DNA of 63,896 nucleotides, counting the filler, from Aduncisulcus paluster (lineage: Eukaryota), in assembly GCA_024181965.1 (NCBI GenBank). It is 9 parts of 9 records of this genome, joined end to end, with 100 filler letters (N's around TTAATTAATTAA, not from the genome) between each part and the next. Parts side by side here need not be neighbours in the genome. Positions count along the whole stretch, not along the records: positions 33,141 to 48,366 come from BQXS01000166.1; 8 more parts are not named here. One strand, given 5' to 3'. Made by a program: the position numbers and the translations under genes. The notes beneath the pieces are model-generated. The model did not search any database. It was not told where the DNA came from and saw only the letters and a program-made list of their open reading frames with translations. Shown here piece after piece: positions 33,141 to 46,100 of the stretch. How positions within the stretch are numbered: the stretch's first letter is position 1; each line of letters starts with the position of its first letter.

Positions 33141-36100
33141 CCTTGAAATGGGATATCCGAGGGCTTCCTTAGCGGTGCTCATGGCACGTTTGAGTCTTCG
33201 TTGATCCCATCCGATAATTGATCCATGGTCATCCTTGAACTCACCAAACCTAGAGCGCCAGAGTAAAGGATCATCACGGGTCGACACGAGAACAGCCTTG
33301 GGGAACAGTCTCACAACGTAATCAACAATCCCACATCGCAGGATGGGAAGATCGATCCTCTCACGTTCAGCTCCATGCTGCCAGACTGTCTGAACCCACA
33401 TGGGGATGGTTGTTTCTTCACCATTAATAACACAAGCAGAACAACCCATTGCATCCTCTCTCTTCCACAAATAGGCAGGTTTCTTCACGTCCGTTGGAGC
33501 ATGACGTAGAGTGAATGAAGATGGGGCGTTCTCACCGTCTCCCTTCATAATATGTCCGATAATATCAAAACTCTGGTTGAGGCGAAGTCTGCACACATTA
33601 ACATTGTCAATATGAGGTCTAGATTTGGATGGGGCAGCTCGTACGGCTTCTTCCATATTGTTAACTTCTTCGACCTGAGTTCCATATGATATGATATTAC
33701 ACAACATCGGGTTGTTCCGAGCATAGTAAGCAATTGTTGTACGATATTCAACGGGGGATATGCATTTTGGGAAAGAATCAAAGTTTTCATCAAACACAAA
33801 CTCAGGATTCCCACCAACAAGTGCTCTACTAGACCGTCTGTGAGAATAGTAATCACGGTCGACGTAAAGAGGTTTATACACAAGGAAAGAGAGTGTTCCC
33901 AGAGCTCTGATGATCTTATTTACAACCTTATGCTTGAAAAATGATCCATCAATACCATAATAATCGGGAATTCGCTTTATAAACAGAGTAATAAGACACG
34001 GAATGAATGCACAATCTTCGAGTTTCTCACTTGCATAAGAATAGAAAGGAGATGACAGAATACCATAAAGCAATAGAGCTGCCATTGATATGGCATGTGA
34101 CATAATGATTTTTCCTTGGCGATGGAATTTGGAGACCTTTTCATCAGGGAAATGGGAGGTAGATGTAGTAAAACTATCAAGGATCTTGGCACAGAATCGA
34201 AGACAACAAAAGGCTATTTTCATAAGTAAAGCACAATAATTGTTGATAATATTCTTAATGGAGCAATACAATGGTAACATTTCTGACTGGACAGCTTCAT
34301 AGATCTTCCCAAAGCTCTCCATGATTCTTCCACAGGATAAGTGTTGAATGCTTGACATCATATGATAGACGCTAAGCTTCATGTTCTGGTTGAGGAGTCC
34401 GAGGAAGCATGGACGGTGGGGGACGAAAGAGGAAGAGAAATGGGGTTGAAGTATATCTCCAGTTAAAAAGCCAATAAACTTCTTCCNNNNNNNNNNNNNN
34501 NNNNNNTGGACAGCTTCATAGATCTTCCCAAAGCTCTCCATGATTCTTCCACAGGATAAGTGTTGAATGCTTGACATCATATGATAGACGCTAAGCTTCA
34601 TGTTCTGGTTGAGGAGTCCGAGGAAGCATGGACGGTGGGGGACGAAAGAGGAAGAGAAATGGGGTTGAAGTATATCTCCAGTTAAAAAGCCAATAAACTT
34701 CTTCCAGTCGCGCACAGAACGATCCTCACTGTTCATGAAACGGAGAACTTCGACAAGACCTTCGTCACGGATGACACTTCCATACTGACACTTTCCAACT
34801 TCGACGGCACCTACCATCGCAGCCTGGCTTTCAGAGGCATTCAGGAACATGAACGTTGGAGGGAATGTCCTCTTATCTGACGCACGGAGACCTCTGAGAG
34901 TATCAAAATGCACTTTGAGAGGATCTGTCTTGTGGAATAACTCAGGTGCAATCACAAGGGCCAATTGGTCAACAAGTCTAACGAGAGTCAGCAATAAGCT
35001 CTTCGTATCAATGTCTGAGGAAGAAGAAGAGGAGGAGGGGGTTGAAACAGAGGTGGATGATACCCCAGGAGAAGCAATCCCAATCCTTGAACCGTCTTCT
35101 TCCTCTTCTTCTTCCTCTTCTTCCTTCGAGGCCAGGGATAGGGATGATCCTGCATGGGAGGAGGACGTAACATCAGTTCTGGAGGTGCTCTCGATGTCTT
35201 GGAGGTGGGTGAGTCCGTCAGCAGCGACTATCAGTTTGTCCAGGATGGTCACAATCTTCATGCGATCCTCGACACCGTTTCGAACACCGAAATATTTAAA
35301 CTCATGAGAATTGGGCTTCAACACATCGACTGGGAATTGCAATAGACGACTAGTCTGAAGTAAAGTGGAGAATGAGGAAACGAACTCAGATACAATCGGG
35401 CATGAGGGTTGTGATATTCTATCTTTCTTTTGTTTGAATCCACATCGTTGATACTCACATATGTTCTCAGTAACTCCACTGAGATCAGCAAGGTAGTTTC
35501 GGGCACAATTGATCTTGAGCGTCATTTCTCCTTCTTCCCCCGTCAGTCTCTTAAACCCTTGCATCAACGCAAGAGTATCTTGGACTTTCTGGTGTGCAGA
35601 TGTGAGTTCTGCAAGGAATATGTCATTGTTGATGCTGACATTCTCCACAAAAGACTGTGATGAGGGTTTGATAACGGGAGAAACGATTGAAGAGGATAAA
35701 TACGAGTGGGTGTGGCTTGGCAACCGAAGTCCAGGGAACTCAAGGATGGCCCTTGTCTGGTGCAAAGCGATTGTTTCATACTCTTCGTGTGTATCAACAC
35801 TGGGTGCAATGGAATATGACACACCACACACAGAGGGGGAGGAAGAAGAGGAGTCACCATGCCACTGGTGAGGGTGTCTAGGGAAGTCAATGTGGACTTG
35901 TTGATGAAGATATGGTTCCTCAGGACCAACGCCAATCGAGCTTGTCGATTCAATGGTATCATCACTGAGCTCCTCTTCCTTTGGTGAAATGACATCAACA
36001 TCCCTCGTTCCATTCTCCTTTCCTTCTCTCTCTTCTTTTGCCTCTTTATCTTCCTCTTGTTTGTGGGGAGATGAGGCGCAGAAAATGGATGAAACACGCT

Positions 36101-37989
36101 GATATGTCCCAATAACACTGACACTGGCATGTTCAAGATAAGATCCATCAAGATATACACGTTCTCTGACTGTTCCACGCATGACGTTGAACACTTCTCC
36201 ACCACAGCGATCTACCGAGGCATCGTTACATTTATACCAGTGAGTGTGTCTCACTTCGGAAGGACTGTGATCGCTCCCTCGTTCACCGTGACGCTCTCCT
36301 TCCATGGGTATGTTGAGCGGTCTCGTGTAAGCAATGTAATGTCCTTGCCCAGCACCACCTTCAGAGGTTCCAATGTGAGCAACCACGCCGGTCAACACAT
36401 ACAAACACCCATCCTTGACAAGCCCATGTTGAAGAAGAGTGTCAACACGACGCAGAATAGAAGTAACACGGAGAACTACGGTGTGAGATTCCCTCTTAAC
36501 TTCATCACAGGCATGGGATAAAACAGATTCGAGGTCAGATTTTAACTCTTTGCTAAAAATAGAATGAGAAACAAGAATAGACTTCATTTTATCCAAGAAA
36601 GGAATCATTTTCTCACGGTGTCCATCGACTTCGAGTTCAATAGCTCGCCTCGTTTTCTCCAATATGAAAATCTCCTTTTTATAGTCTTCCAGACACTTCT
36701 CAAGTTCCTTACACACATATTGGTAACGTTTTTCGTCCACATCAGTCATAAATGGACTCATATTGAGGACATCTGGGAACAAGAAGGGTGAAATGTCACG
36801 TTTCATCTGTTGTGTACAGCGATCAAATGAAGTACGTACTAAACACACTGTAATAGTGTCAGATAGGGATGAGAAACGCTTGATCTTCTTCTTCTTCTTC
36901 TTTCTTCTTGGGAAGGGAAGATCCTTCATCATTGTCGGATCCACTGGTGGTCGTTGCAGCAGTAGCGGCAGCAGTAGCGGCGGCAACAGCGACATCTGTG
37001 CTCTCTTCCCACCACTTTACAACACTATCATAAACTCCACAGAGTCTACACAGGGCAGTGTAGAGATCACGAAACTTAGGAAGCACAAATAGAGTATTAA
37101 TGGCATCGGTACGAGTAGCTTTGGTTTTAATCTTATGATCAGGTGTAGTTAATTCATGGGATTCACCTTCTTCGTGTGGAATCGATCCATCGGAGGCGGG
37201 CAGTGAGGATTTCAAGAGGGATTTCTGCCAGATGTCTATCTTCATATCTTTAAGGTCATGGAGCTTTTTGATGGCTACTTTATCGTCTATAACATGATAA
37301 GCCTGTTCGATAATGTCAAGAACAACCATAAATGCCTCTTGAACGTCTCCTTGTTCACGACGAGCGCCAATGCTCACTAAGAAGGGCGAAACATCAACTA
37401 CTGTCTTACTACTCATCTGTTGTTCAGTTATAATCTGTTGGAGGCAATTCATTGATTTAAGTTGAGTCTCCTCATTCTCTGTAAGATCTCTTGATGTTAT
37501 ATCTTCAACATTAGGGACTATATGGGTTAAAAGTAATTCCCTGAATGAAGGAGTTGCATAAAGAACTTGTAAAACTGCATTTACATAGCAATTCAGTCCA
37601 ACATTCAAAAAACCACACGGAATATGAATATCTTTTCGGGAAAACCTTTTCTGCTTTTCAAATGATTCCATATCTTTTCTACCTTCATCAGTAACAAAAT
37701 TTTCTTTCAAAGACATGAGATCTTTTTTAATGCAACGAGGATTTCTCATTTGTCTTTCTTCAAGTGCTGATATCTTTTTTCCAGGGGATTGCTGACCACC
37801 GTAATTATTTGGTGGAGTATATGTGGTAGGTGCGGGAGGTGCTTCGCCTCCTTCGAGCATCGAAAGAACACGACTAGCGGCTAGTTCAGTGTTTCCTCCA
37901 CATTCGCGGAGAACTATTTCTATTTGCTCTCGAAATAACCTCCCACCGGTCATGCCAATAAGGAATTGTATATTTTCTTCATCGGCCAT
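33141..37989 (-). CDS. Ubiquitin-specific protease, USP25/28/Ubp2-like (N-terminal UBA, coiled-coil insertion); one +1 frame break; 3' partial
   Basis: UBA/CUE 'IQFLIGM...IEIVLRECGGNTELAASRVL', Cys box 'GFLNVGLNCYVNAVLQ', 'EQGDVQEAF', 'KRFSSLSDTITVCLVRTSFD', 'FPDVLNM', helical insertion, His box 'VVAHIG...GHYIAY', 'WYKCND'. Confidence 0.85.
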
Positions 37990-38276
37990 CTTTTGATTGT
38001 GAATACAAAGAAGAATTGAGTCCTCGAACAACTGACTTCTTCACAAAATAAAAAAAATTAAAGTTATGATAGTTTTTAAAATCAAAAGGGTAATGACTTG
38101 TTAATTATTATTTTATAATAATTTTACCTTTATTCTTACCAAATGAATGAGATTCAGAATGACAGAGGAGAAATAGACACATTATGAAATTATTTAAAAG
38201 GATTTGCAAATTAAATTGGGAAATTATATTCAATATTTTACGTTTTTACAATAAAAATACGTCAAGAACGACCATA

Positions 38277-41200
38277 TCAATCCCAACTATCAGGAATGTC
38301 GTCAGATTCACTAATTTCACCAATTGTATCTTGTTTATGTGCTGGTTTTGCATTAGGATCCTTTGTATAATCACCATACCACCGAATTGAGTGTGATTCC
38401 GTTAAGACTTCGGAATGAGTTAGAGAAGGACTCACAATTGACCCCAAACTCTCACTTTTTTGCAATGATTTCGACTTACTCTTCGATCTTGACCTTCCTT
38501 CTTTTGATTTCCTCCCAACGTCACGAGATGATCTCAACGAAGCTGACGTTTGTTGTTGCAAAGCATCATCACCGACAAAATCACCGGCAAAATCACCGGC
38601 TGATGTTACCGATGAATATAGTTCACGATGTGTCATTTCCTTGTCACCACCAGATTTAGCCGCAGATGAGACCTTTTTCTCCTCCAGATCAAACATCCTG
38701 GCCAGATCGGTATCTCCAGAACACCTTCCATGATTGTGATGTCTGGTTAATCCATGGTGATTAGCAAGGATTGGACCATCGCTTTCAGTCGAGTTAACGC
38801 TGCTTGTAATGCGAGAAGAGGAAGAACTGCCAGAGCCAGTGGAAGAACGTCTTCCGGAGAAGATACCATTGGCAACGGTTCTTTCTTTCGTATCAGGACT
38901 GACATCATGGTCAATTACTTGCTCTGAGAAGGGTTTCCATGAACGAGTGGTTGTGTGCAACCGTTCAGAGCCATCAGTTTCTTCTCTCTCAAGCCATCCT
39001 TCACTCTCTTCCAAAACTCTTCTTTTGATGAGGGGAAGCGAGTTCCCACTTTCCAAATGTCTTTGGAATTGAGGCAACGCAACGACTTCCTTCATTCGTT
39101 TCATTACACTGCGTTGCCTGGTGTCTGCAGCCAATTCCTCCACTTCACGGGCCATCTTTCTTGTTTCAAGATGTCTGTTGATGACTGACGGAGCATCACG
39201 GCTTAGTAAGGAAACACTGATGGCCGAATCCACGCTCTGTGGCAGTCCACGGTGCCGTCCAAGTAAACATACGCACATGATAATAATTTTTGATAAGGAA
39301 GACATTATCCCAACGAACGAAACATCACAAGAAGGATGGCCAAGAGAGAGACCGACGTTTCCATATGCACTGGCGATCTCGAACATGACTCGGAACGGAG
39401 TGTTATATTGGTCATTGTCCATCTTGCTACTCTCGATCGAACAAATTATAATGAGTGCTAAAAATAGAATGATTACGTCACGATCAAGAGAACCTTTTAT
39501 AAACTTATCAATAATACTAAAAATACCATCAACAAACATCTGCCAAACCGAAGCACCAGGAGAATTTTGTCTATTCCTTACTTTATGTTTCTTGCTTGAG
39601 CAACATTTGTTCTTTTTCCCGCTAGAAATGGACGAATAATACCCTTCTTTCGAAGAATGCATATGATTTTCATAGCCATCATCAAATCTACGTGGGAATT
39701 TACCTCCACTCTTTAAACCTTGCTCTTCGTGTTTCCTCAGCTCTCGTTCAACCTGATGAGTTATCTCATCTATACTCACACTCGGACTCCCATAGTGATG
39801 CCTGTGTGATGTGTGATGTGATGAATGATGATGTGTGGCACTACCATCAAGTTGTTCCTCATCTGCACCTTCTCTGGCTATCTTGATGCTGCCACGTCGA
39901 CTTATTTGCATACTTTGTGCTGCACTTGTTTTACGACTGCTATACTTGCTATGTCTCCTGCTCTGCACCCTACTTGCATGCCTACTGGGCATCCGAGTAT
40001 TGCTTCCACTGATGGTATAGACAGCTGTCAGGGATCCAAAGGCATTCGTTTGCAATACACACTGAGTATCAACGGCAGTGGAGGAGGAATGATGGGAGGA
40101 GGTTGAGTTAAAGACTCCATGAGATGACACGGGGGAAGTGAGTGATAGGGCACGTCGAATGGTTGAAGGAATGTCGTCTTCTTTAAAAACCTTCTTGGAG
40201 GGTTTTAATAACCTTTTGAATTGACTCAAGGATGAGGTATTGTTGCTATTACCACCTAGTGAGACAACAGCAGAAGAGGAGGGACTTGTTGAGCTTGGGA
40301 GAAGACGAGGAGCGGCTGATGGAACAGAAAGAACTGTAGCAGATTCAGTCCCATTCGTGGATGTGGTTGATCCATTGTGGCCATTAGTTCCAGATCCTCC
40401 AAGGCCATCCCTTGACCTTCGACGAGAACTTGCATTCGATTGATCCAGCCCGTTATTCCCATTGCTAATTATAGCCACTGCACCGGCACCGACGTTATTA
40501 TTAGCACTACCAGTATTATCGACCATACTTCTTTTCAGCATAGAAATGAAAGGATACGGTGTCACAACCATCATAGCCACATACAGTACATTCACACCAT
40601 ATCTCAGCAATGCCAAGTCAATCACGTTAAAGCCTGCACTCCTTGTACTGATAGATTGGAAGCAGAAAGAGAATATCCGGTCCAAGTGCGATAGATAGGC
40701 TTGGTCAGGCTGATTATAGTTCAATATAAATATGGAGACCATCTCCGCAACAGTGAATGTTATCCAAGCAAACAAAAGGAACATTGTGTCGACTGAGGGG
40801 AACAGATGGGTGTAGCAGAGACGTGCATTCTTCAATATCCACGCATAAAGATCATTCCTTTCTTTACATTTTCGATATTTCAGGTCATACTTATCAAGTT
40901 TAGGAATTACGGATGATGTCCGGCCCCTACCGGTATTTTGACGGCTAGACGTCCCACCGTTACTACCAAATATATACTCTCCATTGGCATTGCTGTTATC
41001 AATTTCTGGATCCTTCTCCTCTTCCTCTTCCTCTCCCACAACAAAACCTAGTCCCATCTCTTCAACGTTATCTTTGAGCACATCTCCTTCTTTTTCCTTG
41101 GCATCCACTCTCCTTTGTTGCTGCTTCAGACTTCCTTTCTTTTCCCCGCGCTTCTCTTCCTCTTTCTTCTCCCTCTTCTTTTGCTTAACTGCAGGATCTT

Positions 41201-42770
41201 CCTCATTCTTGGTTGAAATATACTGACTGACAAAAGCAGAAGGGAGCTCAGACACAACACGGGCATCTTGCATTTCAATGCCAAGGGACATGGAACCGGT
41301 GCAGGCAGATGAGAAAGTTGAACCAGCCGAAGACCTGCCGGCTGCAGCCGAGATGTCGTCATAATCCTCCTGAAGGTTAATGTTATCAACACGAAGAACT
41401 TTTTTGGTTGATCGGTTCTGAGACTTGTAGCGCAATCTATATTTAGCTGTCCTGCATTGAGAAATCCGGTGCGCAATTCTGAAAGCCAGTCTCAAAAACA
41501 CTGGGAATAGTGTGTTCCCCGCGACAATGAGGAGTGCGATAACAGTCTGGACAAATGGGAAATCGCTCATGACCATGAGGTTTGCCGGAAGAAGAGAGAA
41601 TCCGGCGTTATTAAATGCCGAGATAACATGGAAAATCGACCACCACACCGGAGTTCCATCGAACTCACCTGCTCTGAGTGCAGTGACGGCATCGGGGGTA
41701 AATTTGAAGAATAAACAGAGCGATGAAAATGTGATTAAATAAAAGAATAGAATGTAACCAATGACAAAAGTAATTATGATTCCAGACGCTTTATAATCGA
41801 TGAAGAACTCGTATAGATGCTTCTTTCGGTCATATTTAAGAGTTAAATGCTCCATTTGTTGTTTCTCAAGGGAAGTAATGGTCAATATAGCAGAGTCTTG
41901 ATTTAGATTCTTGCCATTGGGATGGAATTCTGGGATAAGCTTATGATCTTTGACTTTTTCTGAACTAGAGCCTGTTGTTATCGATGCGTAATCCTTGGTA
42001 TGAGTGGTACTTTCATCTATTTGCTGGTCAGGGATGTATAAAGGAGGGAAAGAAGCTTGGTTAACACTGCCATCTCTAGAATGCCCACCAACAGATAAAA
42101 CACCGCATTCTTTATCCGAGGAATGATAAGGGTGGGGTGGGATCTTGAATATACTCGTGATCTCTGTTGCATGGTGAGAAGAATGCCCATGATGGTCACC
42201 GTCAGAGTCGATAACTCGGTGGGCTGAGCCTGATATCTTTGTGCCTTCAATCCCATGAATACTGCCACCATACATTGGTTTCTTGTACATTTCAACTAAA
42301 TTCCCAATTGTATTATCCGTATCCTGACTGAGCTCGTCATCTTTATATATTGACTCAGAAGCAACACTTACGACGGTCATAGTACTCGTGGAGGCAGGAT
42401 TGGAGAATGTGGCGACCCTTTTATGGGATCTCATGAGAACAATTTCACGTGAAAAGCGTCGCCGAAGAAATACTCGTCTAAAAATAAGAGGAGCAATAGA
42501 CATAAGGGCTGTAGAACCCAGTTGAATACATACTAATATGATAATTTGCGAAGCTAGGGTGAATTCAGCAAACTTGGCTGAAATCAATCCGGTAACAGTA
42601 AAAGCTGAAATGGTAGAAAATACTCCATCAATCCAATCAATTTTGGTTGTAGTTGAAGTATAATATTCAATTATATATATAATTGTTCCAAATACAATGG
42701 AACAAATGATTTGAAACATTAAATGTAGGAAGAAAAACGGTATGGCGAATCTCCTCTCGTTTTTTATCAT
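38277..42770 (-). CDS. Trk/HKT-family potassium transporter with large cytoplasmic insertions
   Basis: Four MPM pore loops: 'SAFTVTGL', 'SAFNNAGFS', 'STRSAGFN', 'SAYGNVGLSLG', plus 'LGRHRGLP'. Gly is present in all four filters. Confidence 0.93.
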   Translation of the reverse strand: MIKNERRFAIPFFFLHLMFQIICSIVFGTIIYIIEYYTSTTTKIDWIDGVFSTISAFTVTGLISAKFAEFTLASQIIILVCIQLGSTALMSIAPLIFRRVFLRRRFSREIVLMRSHKRVATFSNPASTSTMTVVSVASESIYKDDELSQDTDNTIGNLVEMYKKPMYGGSIHGIEGTKISGSAHRVIDSDGDHHGHSSHHATEITSIFKIPPHPYHSSDKECGVLSVGGHSRDGSVNQASFPPLYIPDQQIDESTTHTKDYASITTGSSSEKVKDHKLIPEFHPNGKNLNQDSAILTITSLEKQQMEHLTLKYDRKKHLYEFFIDYKASGIIITFVIGYILFFYLITFSSLCLFFKFTPDAVTALRAGEFDGTPVWWSIFHVISAFNNAGFSLLPANLMVMSDFPFVQTVIALLIVAGNTLFPVFLRLAFRIAHRISQCRTAKYRLRYKSQNRSTKKVLRVDNINLQEDYDDISAAAGRSSAGSTFSSACTGSMSLGIEMQDARVVSELPSAFVSQYISTKNEEDPAVKQKKREKKEEEKRGEKKGSLKQQQRRVDAKEKEGDVLKDNVEEMGLGFVVGEEEEEEKDPEIDNSNANGEYIFGSNGGTSSRQNTGRGRTSSVIPKLDKYDLKYRKCKERNDLYAWILKNARLCYTHLFPSVDTMFLLFAWITFTVAEMVSIFILNYNQPDQAYLSHLDRIFSFCFQSISTRSAGFNVIDLALLRYGVNVLYVAMMVVTPYPFISMLKRSMVDNTGSANNNVGAGAVAIISNGNNGLDQSNASSRRRSRDGLGGSGTNGHNGSTTSTNGTESATVLSVPSAAPRLLPSSTSPSSSAVVSLGGNSNNTSSLSQFKRLLKPSKKVFKEDDIPSTIRRALSLTSPVSSHGVFNSTSSHHSSSTAVDTQCVLQTNAFGSLTAVYTISGSNTRMPSRHASRVQSRRHSKYSSRKTSAAQSMQISRRGSIKIAREGADEEQLDGSATHHHSSHHTSHRHHYGSPSVSIDEITHQVERELRKHEEQGLKSGGKFPRRFDDGYENHMHSSKEGYYSSISSGKKNKCCSSKKHKVRNRQNSPGASVWQMFVDGIFSIIDKFIKGSLDRDVIILFLALIIICSIESSKMDNDQYNTPFRVMFEIASAYGNVGLSLGHPSCDVSFVGIMSSLSKIIIMCVCLLGRHRGLPQSVDSAISVSLLSRDAPSVINRHLETRKMAREVEELAADTRQRSVMKRMKEVVALPQFQRHLESGNSLPLIKRRVLEESEGWLEREETDGSERLHTTTRSWKPFSEQVIDHDVSPDTKERTVANGIFSGRRSSTGSGSSSSSRITSSVNSTESDGPILANHHGLTRHHNHGRCSGDTDLARMFDLEEKKVSSAAKSGGDKEMTHRELYSSVTSAGDFAGDFVGDDALQQQTSASLRSSRDVGRKSKEGRSRSKSKSKSLQKSESLGSIVSPSLTHSEVLTESHSIRWYGDYTKDPNAKPAHKQDTIGEISESDDIPDSWD

Positions 42771-43147
42771 TTCAGCGAGTAATTATGAAAAAGATTGTAA
42801 AATAAGATAATTTCTTGACTCAATATCGACTTTTATATTATAGTTCGACGAGCAAAAAGGATTTCTCGGGGCCAAAGGAATTATGTTGATAGATAGATTT
42901 AGATCTGAATATTGTGTTAGATTGAGAAAACAAATTTAAACTCTTTCTAATAGCCTTGGCAGATGCGAATCTCATCCACTCCGTGAGCTGCCTGTTTCAA
43001 TCCTAGCGCTATGGATTTAATATCAAAGTTATCGAATAATATTTAAAAAGTAAATTTATGTGGATTGATATTAATCATAATAGTTTTGACATTTCATATC
43101 TCCTTCATCGGTAAAAAATAAATCACTGTTTTTTTCTGTGTGTGCCA

Positions 43148-46100
43148 ATGAAGGAGACATCAAAGTCAGGAAAAAATGGGTTTTCAAGAAAGTTCTTCTT
43201 TTATTGTTTCATACATCATATTTGTCGTGAAGGAATTTGTGAAGCAACTTTTTATGGTCTACAGAAAGGTAGAGTAATTCTTAATATCTGTAAAGAGTGG
43301 ATGAATAGACTTCCATTACCAATTGATAATTTTCAAGGTTGTATTATGTTCTCAAAATGCTCTAGTGAAGATTCCTATTATAAGCCATTTGAGAGTTCTT
43401 GGATGAATACTGAAGAAGTATTGAAAACTCGAATTGTTGAATCGTGTAAATGTAGTGATGAGATATCTGAAACTTCTTTGCATTCACGAGATATATCTGC
43501 TCAATCTTCTTCGTGTGCTACAGTCCCTTCCACATCTTCATCAACAGAAATATTATCTTTTGGCTCCCCAATTAAGCGCAGAACGAGTGAATCTGAGCAA
43601 TTAAAAGGTGTAGAAAAATCGTGCAATGGTTCCATCACAATCACTATCCATCCATGTGATTTAATTGTTTTAGAACCTTTAAAATTGGTCACAACGACTG
43701 CAATCGCTGGATATGATGTTTGTCCAAAGAAGAATGCTCTTTTTGATTCATATTCTCAAATGTCTTCTGCTTTTCTCCCTTTTATTCGAGGTCGACTTGT
43801 TCATGAAATTACTGAATCCATTGTGAAATGGCTTTGTAACGGCGGGCAAAAAGAAGAATATAATGAAATGTTTGAACAATTGTTTCTTGATTTCTTTGGA
43901 CGTAAAGCTAACTTTAGAGAATTAGCAACACTCCCTTCGACTGACATCAATCAGTTCGAAAGGGATGTTATCGACATCCGAAGACAGATATTGCATGCTT
44001 CCTTGGTATTTATTAAACAATATGGGAAGATAATTGCAGCTGAACTTCCAATTGATAGCATAAAGCTTGGAATTGCAGGTAAAATTGATTTGATTACGAG
44101 ACATTCTGATGGAACAATCTGGATATGTGAACTCAAGAGTCGATTCAGTCGTTATAGCACAAAATCACACAGAATCCAGTGTCTGATTTATCTTATTCTG
44201 ATGAAGTTACAGGGAATTAACTGTGGATGTGCTGTATTTTACATCGACAAGCCGCTTGAATCTTTCTCAATTCGAATGCCATCTTTTTCTGGCGTGTATG
44301 ATCTGTTAAATTCTCGGAATAATTTAATATACCATTGGAAAACTATAAATAGAACATACCAATTTCTCATTTATGATCTATTTTTAACTCAAACTGCTCA
44401 TATGGTCTATCATCGGTGTAGAATATGTGAACATTCTGATAATTGTGGGTGTGATATTGAGGAACTTCTCAATGCTGAATCTATTTTTAGAAATGGAAAA
44501 CAACAAACGTCAGAGATTGCTTTATCTGCAACATCAATACAACATAAGGGTCCCCAAAAACGATTTAAATCTGTTCTATATTCTGATTTTGATGATATTG
44601 AGGATGCTGGCCTTGTCCAAATGCATAAAGTCCAACGATGGAGGCGTGGAGCAGTGTTTGGGTACGATCAACTCTTGGAGGCTGCCGAAGAGTCTCTATT
44701 AACATTCAACAGAGCTGTTCGACAATGCTCTGATCGGCCTATGCTTGGTCCTTTCCATGTTATATCCATAGGAATATGGGACGAAGAAACAGAATCCATG
44801 GAGATTACGATAGATCTCTCTAGTGATGTTGACGCCCGGTTAGCATTGTCGACTGCTGTCTACGAGAGTGTCGATATTCATTTGTGCTATGAAACATCTA
44901 TCTCTGAGGGAACTATTGAGGTAATTGAGGAAAAGGATCGGGAGTCAGATTCAACTTCTTGTCCTCCTTATCTTTCCTCAAGTGAAATGAGTATATCTGA
45001 TGTACATTCTTCATCATCTTCTCTTTCAACGAAGACCTTTCTTTCTCAAAAATCTATAAATAGTGACTCCAGGCATGTTTTGTGGCAGTTTTGCCGTGGT
45101 TCTGTGAATATCGAAACATTGTCAACTGGAATTTCTGAAGAAGAAATGGAAGAAGAAAAGGAAGAAGAGGAAAGAGAGAGAAAGGGGAAGGGAAAGGAAA
45201 ATAGTTCAAAAAAGAGGAAGAAAAGTCGAAAACCCTACTATCAATTTGGAAGTGATTGTTCAACTCGTGATTCTTTTTCTCAGTCATCAACCACCATTCC
45301 TCAAAAATCTCCAATTATCGATTCAAAACATGAAGAAGGAAAGAAGGATTATCATAAGGAAAGAAATNNNNNNNNNNNNNNNNNNNNAAGGAAAATAGTT
45401 CAAAAAAGAGGAAGAAAAGTCGAAAACCCTACTATCAATTTGGAAGTGATTGTTCAACTCGTGATTCTTTTTCTCAGTCATCAACCACCATTCCTCAAAA
45501 ATCTCCAATTATCGATTCAAAACATGAAGAAGGAAAGAAGGATTATCATAAGGAAAGAAATGATATAAATCATGGAATAGAAACCAAATGTACTAAAAAA
45601 CGCAAAGGAATTGTGTCATTAACAATGTTTTGTAATATAAAAGAGAAATTTGAACTATTCTCTAAATTGGTCCTCAATGAAGATGTTATGTTATCGGTGA
45701 TGCTTCAAAAACACATGAATAATACTCCATCTGTGTCTATTTATAGAGAATGTATACAATTAGATCAGTGGGGACATCTTGGTACCGATTCGTGGGAAAA
45801 TGATTCAAAAGGCAAGAAACTATTAAAAAATCTTGATGATAATGAGAGTGCCAAGAAATTTATGAAAGAATATCAAATTCATCCTTCATTTGGACATTTA
45901 TTATTAGATTTTGAGAAAGAAAAGCGAGAAGAAAAAATAATTCTTCAGTCCCAATTCAAGGGTTCTCAATCTCATCACAATTTGTGTGAGATTGATGGGG
46001 TTGAATTCTCTCTGAATTCCATGGAAATGATGGCTTCATTGCATGATAAACTTTCTACTTCACAATATAAGGCTCTTATTGTTTTTCTCAGTTCTAAAAA

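Noticed and set aside
43700..44460. Cas4-like nuclease suggesting a CRISPR or casposon system
   Set aside because: It is the Fe-S nuclease domain of DNA2 fused to an SF1B helicase. No repeat-spacer array or cas genes are present in the window.
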